Source: an uncultured virus (IMG/VR IMGVR_UViG_3300042914_003341) (taxonomy: Duplodnaviria > Heunggongvirae > Uroviricota > Caudoviricetes). From it: a stretch of DNA of 27,347 nucleotides. A program made the translations under genes and the position numbers. Below the pieces are notes generated by a model. That model was given only the letters and a program-made list of their open reading frames with translations. It searched no databases and was not told where the DNA came from. Below are positions 25,651-27,347 of this stretch, one piece after another. Location of the stretch: the IMG/VR virus record IMGVR_UViG_3300042914_003341. One strand, written 5' to 3'. Position 1 is the stretch's first letter; every line of letters begins with the position of its first letter.

Positions 25651-26702
25651 ATGCAGTGCTGTGTGCCTTTGTAAACGCAGAACTTGCAACTGTCGCGGTT
25701 CTTGGGAAAGAAACCCTTCTTGACGCTGATAAAGAATCTGGAAAGTTGAGCTAGCGCAGACTCTAGAGTTTTTGCCGTGATGTTTACCTCTTCCAGCCTG
25801 ATGTTTCCATTCTTTGATGGGATCACCGAGCGCTTCAGGATCACAAAACCTGTCCTGATGTCTCTTGGATCAATGTTTAGTTTCTTAGAGATGTAGTGCT
25901 TGTAGAGGACCAACTGCAACTTCTTCTCTTCGACCTTGCTAGCGCTCCAAAAGCTGCCGGAACATTTCCAGTCAACGATCCACAGTTCATCAGGGTTGCG
26001 CTTGATGGTTGTCGAGCTAGACGGCTTGGGGACTGTAAACATTGCGTCAACAAAGCCCTTGAACATCTTGTCAGCTTCGCCATCGATTGGTTCGAAGAGT
26101 GGAAGTTCTGCGGCATGAAACTTCCAATTTGGACCAAAGGTTGCATCCATGAAGGCTGGGATCTGCTGTAGTACCGGCTCTATAGACGCAACGAAAGCAA
26201 CGGGGTCTTGTTTCTTCAGCGCCGACTCTGAGAGTGGGTCAAGCATTGCCTTTAGTTTTGCTCTGATCTGATCATATGGCTCAAAGGTGCGATGTTCCAG
26301 GAAATGCTCCAAGGCATCGTGCATAACTTGACCATATTCTGTGTGAATTGAAGGGCCGTCTTCTTCAAGCTCGATACCGTTGAGATACTTGAGCTTGTGA
26401 CGCCATGCACACTCGACCCAGTTTGAAAGTTCTGTGTATGAAACAGTTTCACGAACTTTGTCGAAATCTTTCTTCAAGATATCGCCATCGTTCAGCGCTG
26501 AATTGGATATGTTATGCTTCTTTGGATTTAGCAGGAACATCAACTCATCATGAAAACCCGAATTGTTTGTTTCTGTTGTGGCTACTGGCTCGGCTTTTGG
26601 TGTTGGATTGCTGAGCTCTTGCTTCTGCTTTTCTAGGCTTGCTTTGAATTTCTCTAGACTGTTCAAGACAGTCAGACGCACTTTACTGTTGTTGTCGCTC
26701 AC
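25647..26702 (-). CDS. PD-(D/E)XK nuclease, AddB/RecB/Cas4-like with 4-Cys Fe-S staple (~351 aa)
   Basis: 'VSYTELSNWVECAWRHKLKYL', 'GQVMHDALE', 'AELPL', 'KGFVD', 'IVDWK', 'QLVLY', C-terminal 'CKFCVYKGTQHC'. Start moved to GTG 26702 (MSDNNSK) based on promoter geometry. Confidence 0.85.
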   Translation of the reverse strand: MSDNNSKVRLTVLNSLEKFKASLEKQKQELSNPTPKAEPVATTETNNSGFHDELMFLLNPKKHNISNSALNDGDILKKDFDKVRETVSYTELSNWVECAWRHKLKYLNGIELEEDGPSIHTEYGQVMHDALEHFLEHRTFEPYDQIRAKLKAMLDPLSESALKKQDPVAFVASIEPVLQQIPAFMDATFGPNWKFHAAELPLFEPIDGEADKMFKGFVDAMFTVPKPSSSTTIKRNPDELWIVDWKCSGSFWSASKVEEKKLQLVLYKHYISKKLNIDPRDIRTGFVILKRSVIPSKNGNIRLEEVNITAKTLESALAQLSRFFISVKKGFFPKNRDSCKFCVYKGTQHCI

Positions 26703-26708
26703 ACCTGT

Positions 26709-26737
26709 AGTATGAACGCAAAACAATCAGGTGTCAA
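26709..26737 (-). promoter_or_regulatory. Sigma70-type promoter TTGACA-N17-CATACT, leaderless geometry
   Basis: TTGACA at 26732-26737, CATACT at 26709-26714, then 6 nt to GTG 26702; same spacing as the promoter at 25622-25650. Confidence 0.65.
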
Positions 26738-27260
26738 AGAGGTTCTCTGGCGGGTCAACTTTGTAGTCTTCAGACTCTTCATCTGGCTCATCGCCTACAT
26801 CATGAATCACACCGACATAGAGATCACAGCATGGTGCTTTGATGCTGTTGAGTTTTCGTGTTGTGATGCCGATGGCAGTTGCGACGTCATCGAGCTCTGT
26901 TAGGAGTGCTGGGGTGATCGCGTTATGATTCACGTGCAGCTCGATTCGTTCTGCCGCAGAAAGCAACAGTTGTTTCAATCCGTTGATCATCAAACCGGCT
27001 TCGAGAACGCGTTTCAAAGTTTTCTCATCTTCAAGTTTTTTATCGATTGAAGGTTTTGGCGTTAGAGTTTGTGACTCTAGCTCGGTTGGTGCCTGCTGTG
27101 GTTTGTGGTTTTCATGGCCGCAATCAACCATGCATTCAAGGTTGCCATTAGAAGCTGACTTGTGTTTCTTGCCAGTTTTCTTCCTTGGGCTTTCTGCGCC
27201 AACAGAGCCAGAAGCAGTTGTGGTTGTGTTGTGTTTTTTCTTTTGTTTGAGTGTTAGCAT
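26727..27260 (-). CDS. Hypothetical protein (177 aa) with Lys-rich N-terminus and acidic C-terminus
   Basis: ATG 12 nt after the upstream stop; contains C-x3-C-G-H-x2-H and a CC pair. Confidence 0.6.
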   Translation of the reverse strand: MLTLKQKKKHNTTTTASGSVGAESPRKKTGKKHKSASNGNLECMVDCGHENHKPQQAPTELESQTLTPKPSIDKKLEDEKTLKRVLEAGLMINGLKQLLLSAAERIELHVNHNAITPALLTELDDVATAIGITTRKLNSIKAPCCDLYVGVIHDVGDEPDEESEDYKVDPPENLFDT

Positions 27261-27272
27261 TGGTAGTTGTTT

Positions 27273-27347
27273 CTAGCGTTGGTTTGAATCGATCTCGATG
27301 AAGCTGACAAGTTCTTGGAACTCTCTTGTGTTGTTTGCTCCAACATA
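27273..27347 (-). CDS. 3' end of a probable IMP dehydrogenase/GMP reductase-family gene (partial)
   Basis: Translates as YVGANNTREFQELVSFIEIDSNQR*, resembling the GuaB/GuaC C-terminal 'Y.GA..L.E....A.FV.I' pattern. Only 24 residues are visible. Confidence 0.5.
   Translation of the reverse strand, partial: YVGANNTREFQELVSFIEIDSNQR

Larger units (their letters stand above)
1..27347 (-). mobile_element. Segment of a large tailed-phage (myovirus-like, probably jumbo phage) genome: glycosylation cassette plus baseplate/virion module
   Basis: Co-oriented, densely packed genes. Baseplate genes (gp25-like, gp6/J-like, gp5-like) sit with a sigma-like factor, a PD-(D/E)XK nuclease and glycosyltransferases. 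No block of bacterial housekeeping genes, no integrase and no att site seen. Confidence 0.85.

Noticed and set aside
25647..26702. CRISPR-Cas locus suggested by the Cas4-like nuclease
   Set aside because: No repeat-spacer array and no cas1/cas2 or effector genes were seen in the window.
26700..26729. ORFs 26727-27260 and 25647-26726 abut in frame across a single TGA, suggesting readthrough or TGA recoding
   Set aside because: TGA is a genuine stop elsewhere (several ATGA overlaps), and a TTGACA-N17-CATACT promoter explains independent initiation at GTG 26702.

Overview
A 27.3-kb segment of what is most likely a large (jumbo-type) myovirus genome. All 25 credible ORFs (two partial) lie on the minus strand, tightly packed and often joined by ATGA/TAATG overlaps. 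In transcription order (right to left): the 3' end of a probable GuaB/GMP-reductase-like gene, a hypothetical gene, a 4-Cys PD-(D/E)XK (AddB/Cas4-like) nuclease, a glycosylation cassette (NAD-dependent sugar epimerase/dehydratase plus five glycosyltransferase-like genes), a small membrane protein, a sigma-factor-like gene, a helical hypothetical, then a contractile-tail baseplate module (gp5/VgrG-like hub, gp25-like, gp6/baseplate-J-like, a DNRLRE-like protein, a LamG-containing gp7/gpI-like wedge protein) and several uncharacterised Ser/Thr-rich putative virion proteins. The most interesting signal is a strong, directional [S/T]-[G/A]-S tripeptide enrichment in several putative virion proteins next to a soluble glycosyltransferase cassette, suggesting a sequon-based virion O-glycosylation system (inference). 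There are also two leaderless sigma70-type promoters and a -35-less GT-TAnnnT motif ahead of structural genes. All family calls come from motif recognition by eye, with no database searches.
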